DNA from: a virus
Taxonomy: Duplodnaviria > Caudoviricetes
Length of the DNA stretch: 64,000 nt
IMG/VR virus record: IMGVR_UViG_3300048854_000081
Location: 64,001 to 128,000 of that record
Direction: 5' to 3' (one strand)
Positions 1 through 7,668 of the stretch are shown here, in pieces. The translations under genes were made by a program, and so were the position numbers. How positions within the stretch are numbered: the first letter of the stretch is position 1; every line of letters starts with the position of its first letter. The notes under the pieces were generated by a model. It saw only the letters and a program-made list of their open reading frames with translations. It did not search any database and had not been told where the DNA came from.

Positions 1-264
1 CGAGCCACCCTGAAGTTCGATGTGGTCGAGGAAGCCGTCCAGCAGACCTCTGCAATGGTTCAGCAGCCAAAGCAGGCTCGTGGCCGCAATGCTGCCGCGA
101 ACGATGACCAGAAGCAGTCGGGTGGTATCGCTGGCATCACCAGCAAGAGCGACCTTGCGGAACTGATCGTATCGGCTGTCGCTGCCGTGATGGATCATCG
201 CGACAAGCAACAGAACGCAAATTCGGCAGATAATGCTGGTGCGTCTGCCTCTGCTCAGGCATAA
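1..264 (+). CDS. hypothetical protein, 5'-truncated by window edge
   Basis: Frame open from base 1 to TAA at 264; Ala/Gln-rich low-complexity C-terminus. Confidence 0.6.
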   Translation, partial: RATLKFDVVEEAVQQTSAMVQQPKQARGRNAAANDDQKQSGGIAGITSKSDLAELIVSAVAAVMDHRDKQQNANSADNAGASASAQA

Positions 265-432
265 TCGAGTCGCCTCTTCAGGCAAAACTCAATCGTGGCC
301 TCCCGAGTAGTTCAGCGTATCAAACCGTTGCTACTCGGTGCCATGGTTGTAATGTATTACAACATACATGAATCCCAATTGAATCGTTTCTAGCTTGGCA
401 GTTACGAGAGGGGTACAAACGGGAGTAGTTCC

Positions 433-654
433 ATGGGCAGCGTGAAACCTAGCAACGTGATTCCTTTCGATGCTTATGCCGAAGGTTCAAGAGCTTTCCA
501 TGATGGGAAGACGTGGCATGAAAATCCCTATGCTCACATGGCATGTTCCCCACACGCTTACATGTGGACATGTGGATGGGATGATGCCAGTCTAAACCCT
601 ACGGTAATCCCTCCTAAGGTGCAGCGTGTACAGCAGTCGCGAACGGTTGGATGA
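433..654 (+). CDS. Rmf/CrpP-fold (ribosome modulation factor-like) small protein
   Basis: AYAEGSRAF-x6-NPY-x8-W-x-CGWDDA matches the Rmf pattern (Y..G..A......PY.......W..GW); GGGAG RBS upstream. Confidence 0.6.
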   Translation: MGSVKPSNVIPFDAYAEGSRAFHDGKTWHENPYAHMACSPHAYMWTCGWDDASLNPTVIPPKVQRVQQSRTVG

Positions 655-769
655 ACTGGGGACGCTCTGGTATGACATCTTTGATCCCGAAGGGAACATG
701 GTCGCCAGCCTCAAAGACTTCTACGTCGTCGAAACCCTGCTATTTCAACTCAACAGGTCCACCCACTGA
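626..769 (+). CDS. 47-aa hypothetical early protein (not in ORF track)
   Basis: GTG start after TAAGGT; MYSSRERLDELGTLWYDIFDPEGNMVASLKDFYVVETLLFQLNRSTH. Confidence 0.5.
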   Translation: MYSSRERLDELGTLWYDIFDPEGNMVASLKDFYVVETLLFQLNRSTH

Positions 770-808
770 CTATCTAATCAGTGGGTAGTTGCAGCGGCCT
801 CCATCCTC
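758..808 (-). ncRNA. putative small RNA copy A (5' GAGGAUGGAG..., 3' hairpin)
   Basis: Starts 7 nt after minus-strand TAAAAT (815-820); 9-bp stem ACCCACTGA/TCAGTGGGT at 761-789. Confidence 0.5.
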
Positions 809-814
809 GTCTCT

Positions 815-848
815 ATTTTAATACATCTACCCTGAACCGTAGCTGAAT
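815..848 (-). promoter_or_regulatory. PhoP-box-like direct repeat + -10 (cassette A)
   Basis: Minus strand ATTCAG-ctacg-GTTCAG, 11 bp, TAAAAT. Confidence 0.7.
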
Positions 849-866
849 GAAGCTTTGCGGGCATTG

Positions 867-895
867 TTGCATCTGTCGTTAGGTTACGTTATGAT
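867..895 (+). promoter_or_regulatory. sigma70 early promoter
   Basis: TTGCAT-N17-TATGAT followed by AC-rich leader. Confidence 0.75.
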
Positions 896-924
896 ACCTC
901 CACACTAACCAAACGGACCTAGCG

Positions 925-1188
925 ATGAATCGTTACGTTGCCATTCCCTCGCGTCATCTGCGCAATACCAAGACGGGTGCCACGGCAAGCCTCTATGGTG
1001 CCCATCCGGCCAAGTCTCCGGGTGATTTTCAGAACTGGCTCGTAGTCACTAACGGTTGGACCATCCACGACCTCAAGGAAAACCGTATCGGTGGTTTCCA
1101 GTCGTGCCCTCCCGGTTCCTCACAGGAACATGCGGAGTCCGTCGCTGCCCACCTCAACGCTCTCACAGGGAATCGTACCCATGGTTAA
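925..1188 (+). CDS. hypothetical early protein
   Basis: Directly behind promoter, GGA RBS. Confidence 0.75.
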   Translation: MNRYVAIPSRHLRNTKTGATASLYGAHPAKSPGDFQNWLVVTNGWTIHDLKENRIGGFQSCPPGSSQEHAESVAAHLNALTGNRTHG

Positions 1189-1375
1189 TTTCAACTGGTG
1201 GCTCATTGCCAGCCTCATCGGCTTCTCGGTCAGCTTGTACTACTGGGTATTTCACTGGGTACGGGCGATTTCCATCATCGGTCTTCAGACGAAAAGCACC
1301 ATCGCGTTTCGTCCGTATGCAATCAGTGGTGTTGGTTTGTTCATCTTCGGGTGGCTGTTGTATCATTGCAACTAA
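1181..1375 (+). CDS. small two-TM membrane protein
   Basis: MVNFNWWLIASLIGF...; two hydrophobic segments; overlaps upstream stop. Confidence 0.6.
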   Translation: MVNFNWWLIASLIGFSVSLYYWVFHWVRAISIIGLQTKSTIAFRPYAISGVGLFIFGWLLYHCN

Positions 1376-1408
1376 TGCATTACAATAGTATCTCACAAAG
1401 GATATCTA

Positions 1409-1603
1409 ATGTATTGCATTCGTTATACGGTTGACAAAGAGACGGCCATATGGTGCGACCCCAACATCCGGGGTAACCGTGAACCAATGGAATATCACAT
1501 AAAGGCACATGCTGAACAGGAATGCGAGTTCCTGAATCGTCAGTATTGTGGTGAAGGGTTTCACTTCACTGTTGACATTCATCCTAACGTTACTGTAACC
1601 TAA
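1409..1603 (+). CDS. hypothetical early protein
   Basis: AAGGA RBS; co-oriented. Confidence 0.65.
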   Translation: MYCIRYTVDKETAIWCDPNIRGNREPMEYHIKAHAEQECEFLNRQYCGEGFHFTVDIHPNVTVT

Positions 1604-1625
1604 CCGTTCTCATTCGGAGACAACC

Positions 1626-1850
1626 ATGTCCACCAACACGATCCCGAACATCATCAAGTCTGTCGGTAATCTCAATCCCATCGCCCATGAGGTGTGGAAG
1701 GGTCGTGATGCCAAGGTGGAATACATCGTTCGTGGCATCACTGGCATTGACCCCAAGGTGGAGTTCATCGCTACCGATCACGTGGGCTGTCGCCAGTACT
1801 GTGATACCCTTACCGAAGCCCTTGCGTGGCTCGACCTCCCCAAGTACTAA
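1626..1850 (+). CDS. hypothetical early protein
   Basis: GGAG RBS. Confidence 0.75.
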   Translation: MSTNTIPNIIKSVGNLNPIAHEVWKGRDAKVEYIVRGITGIDPKVEFIATDHVGCRQYCDTLTEALAWLDLPKY

Positions 1851-1860
1851 GGGAACTACC

Positions 1861-2205
1861 ATGTTGAAGAAAGAACGTCAGCAATTGGCTAAGGATATTG
1901 TGGCCCTGTGTAACGAGCATGGTTACACGTTCACTATGGACCCTATCTATGTCCATGGCCGGGATGCTGGAATCACCCTGAACATCGATTGTGGCGCGGT
2001 TAAAGCCATGGTCAGGCTCAACCACAGGGAATTCTATAGCGTTAACTGGTACGATGCCAAACGTCAACTATCCTCATGGACCTTTGGTGATGTCAATGCC
2101 TTCCATGGCACCAAGGCTACGTCATTCTGCGCTGGTGGCGACCAACTGTTGACATTCTTCAAGACAACCTTTACCAAGATCAAGAATGGTAAAGCGTTCA
2201 CCTAA
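1861..2205 (+). CDS. hypothetical early protein
   Basis: AAGGGA RBS before ATG 1861 (MLKKERQQ...). Confidence 0.75.
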   Translation: MLKKERQQLAKDIVALCNEHGYTFTMDPIYVHGRDAGITLNIDCGAVKAMVRLNHREFYSVNWYDAKRQLSSWTFGDVNAFHGTKATSFCAGGDQLLTFFKTTFTKIKNGKAFT

Positions 2206-2210
2206 GGGTA

Positions 2211-2239
2211 TTGCGTTACCTAACCTATTCCATTAGAAT
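2211..2239 (+). promoter_or_regulatory. sigma70 early promoter
   Basis: TTGCGT-N17-TAGAAT. Confidence 0.65.
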
Positions 2240-2264
2240 GGCAACATCCTACAGGGGAACAGCC

Positions 2265-2441
2265 ATGACACACCGTGATCGCCACCCATTCCATCGGTCG
2301 CACACTCCTGATAAGAACTACCTGTATTGCACCATTGATGCCCGTAAGGCTCTGGCGCGTGCGGCAGAACTGAAGAAAGCCCGTCGTAAGCCTAAGGCTC
2401 GACTGCTGGCGCTTATCAATCGGATTCGTGGCATAATCTAA
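2265..2441 (+). CDS. small basic hypothetical protein
   Basis: AGGGGA RBS before ATG 2265; Arg/Lys-rich C-terminus. Confidence 0.65.
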   Translation: MTHRDRHPFHRSHTPDKNYLYCTIDARKALARAAELKKARRKPKARLLALINRIRGII

Positions 2442-2446
2442 GGGTG

Positions 2447-2475
2447 TTGCATTCCGTAATCCATTGCATTATACT
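2447..2475 (+). promoter_or_regulatory. sigma70 early promoter
   Basis: TTGCAT-N17-TATACT. Confidence 0.8.
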
Positions 2476-2499
2476 GTCGTCACTCCAAAGGGAACTGAC

Positions 2500-2889
2500 A
2501 TGACCGACCCGAATATTTTCTATGTTGTATCTGCCTCTAGCAAGCGTGGTCTTGAGTCGGATGGCTATATCGATTACGATTCCCATTCGGGCGGTTATCC
2601 ATACCTTGCAAAGACTCTCATGGGTGCATATCGCTATGATACTCAGCAGAAGGCTGTTGATGCCGCTGAAAGGCTGCTCAGGAGCTTTGATAAGGAATAC
2701 AAGAATGTCAACGTTCTGCAAGCCAGACTTGCCACGAGCGTTATGATTCATTTTCCGGACGTTGACACCGATTATGACAAGGGTCTTCGTGACGGCAAGT
2801 TCCGTAATTCGTCGAAGTATCCGAACAATGACGAATACATGAATGGTTATATCGAAGGTATCAAGTCCTCAAAGGGAAACCTGACATGA
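2500..2889 (+). CDS. hypothetical early protein with C-terminal Y..G...G motifs
   Basis: AAGGGA RBS before ATG 2500; YDKGLRDG...YMNGYIEG. Confidence 0.75.
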   Translation: MTDPNIFYVVSASSKRGLESDGYIDYDSHSGGYPYLAKTLMGAYRYDTQQKAVDAAERLLRSFDKEYKNVNVLQARLATSVMIHFPDVDTDYDKGLRDGKFRNSSKYPNNDEYMNGYIEGIKSSKGNLT

Positions 2890-3104
2890 ACGACCGTGAA
2901 ATAATTGACGCACAGGTTAAGTCCATCACCAACGCTCTGGAAGCGTTGGTGCGGGTGAAAGAGGCTTCCAAGCCCTTCGCTGCCCTGTTGCAGGATCACC
3001 ATGATGACAAGGCCGACGATGAACCGTTGTTCGGTGTCAATGGTAAGTATATCACCTATGGTGATCTGCGTGAACTCAAGCGTGCCCTGAAGAAGGTTTC
3101 GTAA
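2886..3104 (+). CDS. hypothetical early protein
   Basis: ATGA overlap with upstream gene. Confidence 0.75.
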   Translation: MNDREIIDAQVKSITNALEALVRVKEASKPFAALLQDHHDDKADDEPLFGVNGKYITYGDLRELKRALKKVS

Positions 3105-3107
3105 CAG

Positions 3108-3136
3108 TTGCATTAGCTATTCAATTGCATTATACT
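3108..3136 (+). promoter_or_regulatory. sigma70 early promoter
   Basis: TTGCAT-N17-TATACT. Confidence 0.8.
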
Positions 3137-3167
3137 TGCATCACACCAACCAAAGAGGATTACGGCA

Positions 3168-3347
3168 ATGTCCCGTTCGTTTCGTGAAGGTTTCCAGCCC
3201 ATCAAGTCGAAGGCAAACGATCCGCGTCGTGCTTACCAGCATGATGACATGTTCGCTACCAGTGGTAAGCGTGGTGGTGACAAGGATGCGAAGCGTGAGG
3301 CTCGCCGTCAGGAAAAGCGTAACCAAACGCATTTCTACAGCCTGTGA
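3168..3347 (+). CDS. 59-aa basic hypothetical protein (not in ORF track)
   Basis: GAGGA RBS; MSRSFREGFQPIKSKANDPRRAYQHDDMFATSGKRGGDKDAKREARRQEKRNQTHFYSL; C-ending codon bias like neighbours. Confidence 0.75.
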   Translation: MSRSFREGFQPIKSKANDPRRAYQHDDMFATSGKRGGDKDAKREARRQEKRNQTHFYSL

Positions 3348-3370
3348 AGGTGTTGACTCGGGTAGAAATC

Positions 3371-3454
3371 GTGACATGGGTATTCATCATCGTTCTAGCT
3401 GGCGCTATGTTGCTGGCTAGTTCGATATCACTGGGTATTGCATTCCTTACGTAA
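3371..3454 (+). CDS. possible 27-aa single-TM peptide
   Basis: GTG start; MTWVFIIVLAGAMLLASSISLGIAFLT; weak RBS. Confidence 0.35.
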   Translation: MTWVFIIVLAGAMLLASSISLGIAFLT

Positions 3455-3465
3455 AGGTGTATACT
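3438..3465 (+). promoter_or_regulatory. sigma70 early promoter with TTACGTAA in spacer
   Basis: TTGCAT-N16-TATACT. Confidence 0.8.
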
Positions 3466-3497
3466 AGCTACACACCAACCGAAACGAGGGATGACCA

Positions 3498-3716
3498 ATG
3501 TACACTCTCCGCGATGCACTCCGTGAACGTGCCTACCAGAACGCCAAGATGGAAGCGCGTTGGAAGCATGAGAATGCCAAACGTGAAGAAATCGAAACCA
3601 TTCTGAAAGCTAACCCACAGATTGGAATCCTGATGCGCAACGGCAAGAATGTGTACTACACCTATCCCGCTGGTGGCAAGTACAAAGAAGCCAAGCATCC
3701 CGGCAAGCTAATCTAA
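3498..3716 (+). CDS. hypothetical early protein
   Basis: GAGGGA RBS; followed by terminator. Confidence 0.75.
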   Translation: MYTLRDALRERAYQNAKMEARWKHENAKREEIETILKANPQIGILMRNGKNVYYTYPAGGKYKEAKHPGKLI

Positions 3717-3717
3717 C

Positions 3718-3774
3718 CATAAAGCCCCATTGCTGGGGCTTTTCTTTACGTTACGGTAGCTGTTCCCCATCCGC
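3718..3774 (-). ncRNA. putative small RNA copy B (5' GCGGAUGGGGAACAG...)
   Basis: Starts 7 nt after TAAAAT (3781-3786); ends in the 3721-3743 hairpin. Confidence 0.55.
3721..3747. terminator. intrinsic terminator, potentially bidirectional
   Basis: AAAGCCCCA-ttgc-TGGGGCTTTTCTTT. Confidence 0.8.
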
Positions 3775-3780
3775 CAATCT

Positions 3781-3814
3781 ATTTTAATATAACCTACCTG
3801 AACGTAACCTGAAT
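3781..3814 (-). promoter_or_regulatory. PhoP-box-like direct repeat + -10 (cassette B)
   Basis: Minus strand ATTCAG-gttac-GTTCAG, 11 bp, TAAAAT. Confidence 0.7.
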
Positions 3815-3831
3815 AACATTTCATAACCCTA

Positions 3832-3859
3832 TTGCATTCCTTTTGTAAGAGTGTATACT
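3832..3859 (+). promoter_or_regulatory. sigma70 early promoter
   Basis: TTGCAT-N16-TATACT. Confidence 0.8.
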
Positions 3860-3883
3860 AGCCTCATACCACAGAGAACGACC

Positions 3884-4084
3884 ATGACCGAAGCTGAGCA
3901 GATTGCATCCACCCTCGTCGAACCTTACAAGGCCGACCTTGCTCCCTATCGTGGTCTGACTCCTACGCTGGACGATGTGCGTAAGTTCGTGGTCCGTTAC
4001 TTCCGTCAGCCCGGTCGAGTCTATCCCGGTCACCTGATGGCAGGTGAGATTGCCAAGGCTCTGTACGCCCTGATCATCGCTTGA
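3884..4084 (+). CDS. hypothetical early protein
   Basis: ATG 3884 downstream of promoter. Confidence 0.7.
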   Translation: MTEAEQIASTLVEPYKADLAPYRGLTPTLDDVRKFVVRYFRQPGRVYPGHLMAGEIAKALYALIIA

Positions 4085-4108
4085 CATCCTCTGAGGTTTA
4101 GTTATAAT
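4081..4108 (+). promoter_or_regulatory. sigma70 promoter with consensus hexamers
   Basis: TTGACA-N16-TATAAT. Confidence 0.85.
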
Positions 4109-4137
4109 ACCTCCACACCACTCATAAGGGATTTGCC

Positions 4138-4539
4138 ATGAAGCTTGTCGCTACCGAAACCGAAATGCTGCAACTGGCCTATGACGTACTGACCACTGGC
4201 CTGCCGAACTTCGTAGGCTACGGTATCGAACTGGATTACAGCCAGCAGGAATATGACAAGGCCAAGCAATCGCTGATCACCAGTGGTTCGACCAAGCCGA
4301 ACGATATCTGCATCGAAGACGTGCAGCGTGAAATGCTCCGCATGGGCTATGGCCTGACGTTCACGGATACGGAACATGAAGATGATGAGCCGGTCACGCT
4401 GACGCTGGAACTGATCAAGAAGAATTGGGATAGCATCCCGTTCAGTCGTATCGAGGCAGTGCTCAAAGAAAATTACGATGCCGATGATGCGGACGTGATC
4501 GCCCAGTCCATGATCTACGGCGAAGTGGTCTACGGTTAA
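4138..4539 (+). CDS. acidic hypothetical early protein
   Basis: TAAGGGA RBS; C-terminal DADDADVIAQSMIYGEVVYG. Confidence 0.8.
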   Translation: MKLVATETEMLQLAYDVLTTGLPNFVGYGIELDYSQQEYDKAKQSLITSGSTKPNDICIEDVQREMLRMGYGLTFTDTEHEDDEPVTLTLELIKKNWDSIPFSRIEAVLKENYDADDADVIAQSMIYGEVVYG

Positions 4540-4542
4540 CAT

Positions 4543-4602
4543 ACAAAACCCTACCTGACAAGGGTGGGGTTTTCTTATGGACGTTACTGCTCTCCCATCC
4601 AC
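4543..4602 (-). ncRNA. putative small RNA copy C (5' GUGGAUGGGAGAGCAG...)
   Basis: Starts 7 nt after TAAAAT (4609-4614); ends in hairpin plus UUUUGU. Confidence 0.5.
4545..4576 (+). terminator. intrinsic terminator
   Basis: AAAACCCTACC-loop-GGTGGGGTTTTCTT. Confidence 0.7.
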
Positions 4603-4608
4603 AACCCT

Positions 4609-4643
4609 ATTTTAAAGGATACTAGCTGAATAGAACCTGAACG
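4609..4643 (-). promoter_or_regulatory. PhoP-box-like direct repeat + -10 (cassette C)
   Basis: Minus strand CGTTCAG-gttct-ATTCAG, 11 bp, TAAAAT. Confidence 0.7.
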
Positions 4644-4660
4644 GTTACAAATCTTAGGTA

Positions 4661-4688
4661 TTGCATTCCATTATGAAACTAGTATACT
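4661..4688 (+). promoter_or_regulatory. sigma70 early promoter
   Basis: TTGCAT-N16-TATACT. Confidence 0.8.
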
Positions 4689-4718
4689 AGCCACACACCA
4701 ACCAACAGAGACAATACC

Positions 4719-5087
4719 ATGTCCGTTTACAAAAGCGCCATGAAGTACGGTAATCTTGTCAGTGGTATGATGGCTAACAGCCTGCCGAAGCCAGATGCAA
4801 AAGTTGGCGACTGGGCTACCATCATGGGTGGACGTGATCGCCATCCTGCCAAGATCACCGAAATCGTCTATGCCAAGAATGGCAAGATCAAGGGTTACAT
4901 GCTACAGCGCATGTCGTGGAAGATGGACCAGAATAGCGAAGGCTACGGTGTCAAGGGCTGGGAAGACGACTCCAAGCCGCAGGGTGAACCCAGCTTCTAC
5001 GAGGTGATCGTGCGGGGCAAGATGAAGGGTGCAGTACGTGATGCCCTGATCGGCCATGCCAACCCGTTCTATGATCGAACCTTCTAA
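4719..5087 (+). CDS. hypothetical early protein (SH3/KOW-like start VGDWATI...DRHPAKI)
   Basis: Behind promoter; ends GHANPFYDRTF. Confidence 0.8.
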   Translation: MSVYKSAMKYGNLVSGMMANSLPKPDAKVGDWATIMGGRDRHPAKITEIVYAKNGKIKGYMLQRMSWKMDQNSEGYGVKGWEDDSKPQGEPSFYEVIVRGKMKGAVRDALIGHANPFYDRTF

Positions 5088-5091
5088 ACAC

Positions 5092-5151
5092 AAGGAACCC
5101 ATCCTGTCAAGGGGTGGGTTTCATTTTACATGAATGCTGTTACCCATCCGC
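5092..5151 (-). ncRNA. putative small RNA copy D (5' GCGGAUGGGUAACAG...)
   Basis: Starts 7 nt after TAAAAT (5158-5163); ends in hairpin. Confidence 0.5.
5095..5128 (+). terminator. intrinsic terminator
   Basis: GAACCCATCC-loop-GGGTGGGTTTCATTTT. Confidence 0.65.
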
Positions 5152-5157
5152 CAGTCT

Positions 5158-5191
5158 ATTTTAATATAACCAAGCTGAACACACGCTGAAT
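5158..5191 (-). promoter_or_regulatory. PhoP-box-like direct repeat + -10 (cassette D)
   Basis: Minus strand ATTCAG-cgtgt-GTTCAG, 11 bp, TAAAAT. Confidence 0.7.
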
Positions 5192-5209
5192 AGATTACCT
5201 AACAGAGTG

Positions 5210-5237
5210 TTGCATTCCTTACGTAACTAGGTATACT
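5210..5237 (+). promoter_or_regulatory. sigma70 early promoter with TTACGTAA
   Basis: TTGCAT-N16-TATACT. Confidence 0.8.
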
Positions 5238-5264
5238 AGCCACACACCAACCAAAGGATATGTC

Positions 5265-5687
5265 ATGAACGATCTGAATCACTCTGTCGAGCCGAAGAAC
5301 TTCCCCGCGTTCGTGGGCATGGTCCGCAAGTTGGGTGAAGATAAGGATGTCGCTACGGAACTGCTGTGGCACATCGTCAACGAGCGTCCTGAACTGGCTC
5401 TCGCCCTGTTCAACGATATGAATACCCCTGTTGTGGTCCATACTGTCCACGTTGGCTGTCCGCTGTCTCCGTCTGCCAAGGATAAGGATGAGGTTCGCCT
5501 TGCTCCCGGTGTGATTTGGGCTGGGGATAAGTCAACCATCAGCGTCTTCAATTATCGTGCCATCCGCGACATTCACACGGGTGGTGGTCAGAGCCCGCGC
5601 ATCGCTGCCATCAAGCGTTTGCGTGAGCTTACCAGCCTTGGACTCAAGGAAGCCAAGGATACGTGCGATCTGTGGTTCATGTGGTAA
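5265..5687 (+). CDS. protein with ribosomal bL12 C-terminal-domain-like motif
   Basis: RIAAIKRLRELTSLGLKEAKD matches L7/L12 KI.VIK.VR..TGLGLKEAKD. Confidence 0.75.
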   Translation: MNDLNHSVEPKNFPAFVGMVRKLGEDKDVATELLWHIVNERPELALALFNDMNTPVVVHTVHVGCPLSPSAKDKDEVRLAPGVIWAGDKSTISVFNYRAIRDIHTGGGQSPRIAAIKRLRELTSLGLKEAKDTCDLWFMW

Positions 5688-5691
5688 GGGG

Positions 5692-5719
5692 TTGCATTCC
5701 CTTACGTAATCTGTATACT
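5692..5719 (+). promoter_or_regulatory. sigma70 early promoter with TTACGTAA
   Basis: TTGCAT-N16-TATACT. Confidence 0.8.
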
Positions 5720-5750
5720 AACCCCACACTAACCCGCTAAGGATACTGTC

Positions 5751-6098
5751 GTGATTCCTCTGAACGCCAAGAACATCGCCGCTCTCAACTTCTGCGAGAA
5801 CCTTGCCAATGGTAACCGTGGAGTCAAGGCATTCCTTGTCGCTAACATGACGGGTTGCACGTGCTGTCGCGATGAGAACTTCTACAGTGGTCCGTATCGC
5901 ACCAAGGAAGAGGCGGAAGCCGTGATGGTAGACCACCGTAAGCGTTCCTTGCTGGCTTCCCAGTTCGCTCGCGAAGGCAGGTATCACATTACCGAATGCC
6001 ATGTGCTGGAATATGAGAACTTGCTTGTGATCGACGGCGAGACTGTCAACCGTGGCGGTTGGAATCAGCACAATCTCGATATCGGTTACACCCCCTAA
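5751..6098 (+). CDS. hypothetical early protein (GCTCC motif)
   Basis: TAAGGA RBS, GTG start. Confidence 0.75.
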   Translation: MIPLNAKNIAALNFCENLANGNRGVKAFLVANMTGCTCCRDENFYSGPYRTKEEAEAVMVDHRKRSLLASQFAREGRYHITECHVLEYENLLVIDGETVNRGGWNQHNLDIGYTP

Positions 6099-6107
6099 CC
6101 AAGGGTG

Positions 6108-6135
6108 TTGACAACCTCATAGGTTCCGTTATAAT
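6108..6135 (+). promoter_or_regulatory. sigma70 promoter with consensus hexamers
   Basis: TTGACA-N16-TATAAT. Confidence 0.85.
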
Positions 6136-6160
6136 ACCTCCACACCACACGGAAACGACC

Positions 6161-6595
6161 ATGAAAACTCTGACCGGCCAGATTGTTGACTTCGTTGCCA
6201 CCGCAAAGGCCAATGGTGCCTGCACTGTCTACGCCAAGCTGCCCCGCTATCATGGACTGGTCGCGAACAACAAGGTCGTTCAGATTCGTAACAAGCGTGC
6301 ATACGCTGAGTATGTGGACGAACTGGGTAACATCGTGGTCCTCTGCAATGACCTGATCGTTCGCCAGTTCACCCATGCGGAATACGATGATGTGATCCTC
6401 GGTAAGAATGATCGCTATCACGTCATCATGCGCTTTGACAAGAATCAGGGCGTGCGTGCTGGGACACATGCCTATCTGGATGTCAAGGGTCGGATGCAGT
6501 GGTCCAAGGCCACGGCTACCAAGCATCTGAACGATGTCAAGAACGACGTTGGCTACAACAGCCATTACGATCACTTCGCACTGGAACTGGCATGA
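6161..6595 (+). CDS. hypothetical early protein
   Basis: GGA RBS before ATG 6161. Confidence 0.75.
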   Translation: MKTLTGQIVDFVATAKANGACTVYAKLPRYHGLVANNKVVQIRNKRAYAEYVDELGNIVVLCNDLIVRQFTHAEYDDVILGKNDRYHVIMRFDKNQGVRAGTHAYLDVKGRMQWSKATATKHLNDVKNDVGYNSHYDHFALELA

Positions 6596-6735
6596 ACGAG
6601 CTTATCCGTGCCATGGAACAAATCGAACGCCTCTCACGGGAGGCTGATCCCAAGCTGGTCGATGTCCCTGCGATGTTGGGTGATATCGCACGCAAAGCAT
6701 TGGAAAATGTCAAGGGGTTGCATTCCGTTACGTAA
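6592..6735 (+). CDS. small helical hypothetical protein
   Basis: ATGA overlap; MNELIRAMEQI... Confidence 0.65.
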   Translation: MNELIRAMEQIERLSREADPKLVDVPAMLGDIARKALENVKGLHSVT

Positions 6736-6745
6736 CCTGTATACT
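6718..6745 (+). promoter_or_regulatory. sigma70 early promoter with TTACGTAA
   Basis: TTGCAT-N16-TATACT. Confidence 0.8.
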
Positions 6746-6774
6746 ACACCCATACTAACCAACGGCGAACTGCT

Positions 6775-7155
6775 ATGAACCTCGTGATCACTTCTCTCCG
6801 TCAGCGTGTTGAGTCCGAGTCCTACTCCCTGTTCTTCCCGTTGGTGGAACATCCGGGTGCAGGCTGGGCACCACCGTGTGACAAGGATGGGAATGTCCTC
6901 CCCGATGAGTTCGCATCGCTGGCGCAGCGTCAGGCCGAAGTGGCTAAGCATCTTGCCGATCCCATCTATGGCAAGCCCTACGTCCAGACCTTCTATAACA
7001 GCTACGTGGAAGCTGCTGTAGGCCGTTGTGAGTGCGGTGGCACAGTCCAGCTTGATGACGGACTGGAAAACTTCTGCGATGAGTGTGGTGCGTGCTACAA
7101 CATGGCTGGGCAGCGTGTCCATCCTGAACTGGCCGAAGGGAACGACCTCTACTAA
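6775..7155 (+). CDS. Zn-ribbon protein
   Basis: CECG...CDECG..YN..GQ. Confidence 0.75.
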   Translation: MNLVITSLRQRVESESYSLFFPLVEHPGAGWAPPCDKDGNVLPDEFASLAQRQAEVAKHLADPIYGKPYVQTFYNSYVEAAVGRCECGGTVQLDDGLENFCDECGACYNMAGQRVHPELAEGNDLY

Positions 7156-7159
7156 GGGG

Positions 7160-7187
7160 TTGCATTCCATTACAAAACCTGTATACT
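7160..7187 (+). promoter_or_regulatory. sigma70 early promoter
   Basis: TTGCAT-N16-TATACT. Confidence 0.8.
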
Positions 7188-7215
7188 AGCCACACACCAC
7201 AACGGAACTGATGCC

Positions 7216-7497
7216 ATGACCACTGTTACCGATTTCGAAACCCTCATTGGCTTGCGCGAGTATGCTGATGACCGTGCGGAATACTGGTCCATGGAACTGA
7301 ACAAGTTCCCTAAGGGTGAAATGGGTCTGACTCCCGATGCTGTCAAGGCATCCCCGGAGTTCAAGATGGCTAAGAGTAACTACGATGAGGCATTCTTTAG
7401 CCTCCGTCGTTACAATGCCCTGCTCCGCACCCACTACCCGAAACAGTTCGCCAAGCATACCAAAGCTGCCATTGCAGCACGGAGAGCCAAAGCATGA
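7216..7497 (+). CDS. hypothetical early protein
   Basis: Behind promoter; FPKGEMGLTPDAVK. Confidence 0.8.
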   Translation: MTTVTDFETLIGLREYADDRAEYWSMELNKFPKGEMGLTPDAVKASPEFKMAKSNYDEAFFSLRRYNALLRTHYPKQFAKHTKAAIAARRAKA

Positions 7498-7667
7498 ACG
7501 ATAACCTTCCCCTTGAAATCAAGTGGCGTGGTGCGACCTATGTGATGCTGTCCGTTCAAGACGGCTACGTTACGTGGCGTAATACCTTCTCCGGCTACAG
7601 TGAGTCATGCTCTGTCGAAAGCTGGAAAGAGGGTAAGCCGTACGAACGCCAGATGGGTGCTTACTAA
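7494..7667 (+). CDS. 57-aa hypothetical protein (not in ORF track)
   Basis: GGAG RBS, ATGA overlap; MNDNLPLEIKWRGATYVML... Confidence 0.7.
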   Translation: MNDNLPLEIKWRGATYVMLSVQDGYVTWRNTFSGYSESCSVESWKEGKPYERQMGAY

Positions 7668-7668
7668 C

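Noticed and set aside
4102-7458. Long minus-strand ORFs in the early region (4102-4602, 6095-6574, 6634-7170)
   Set aside because: Overlap well-supported + strand genes; expected in GC-richer, codon-biased DNA
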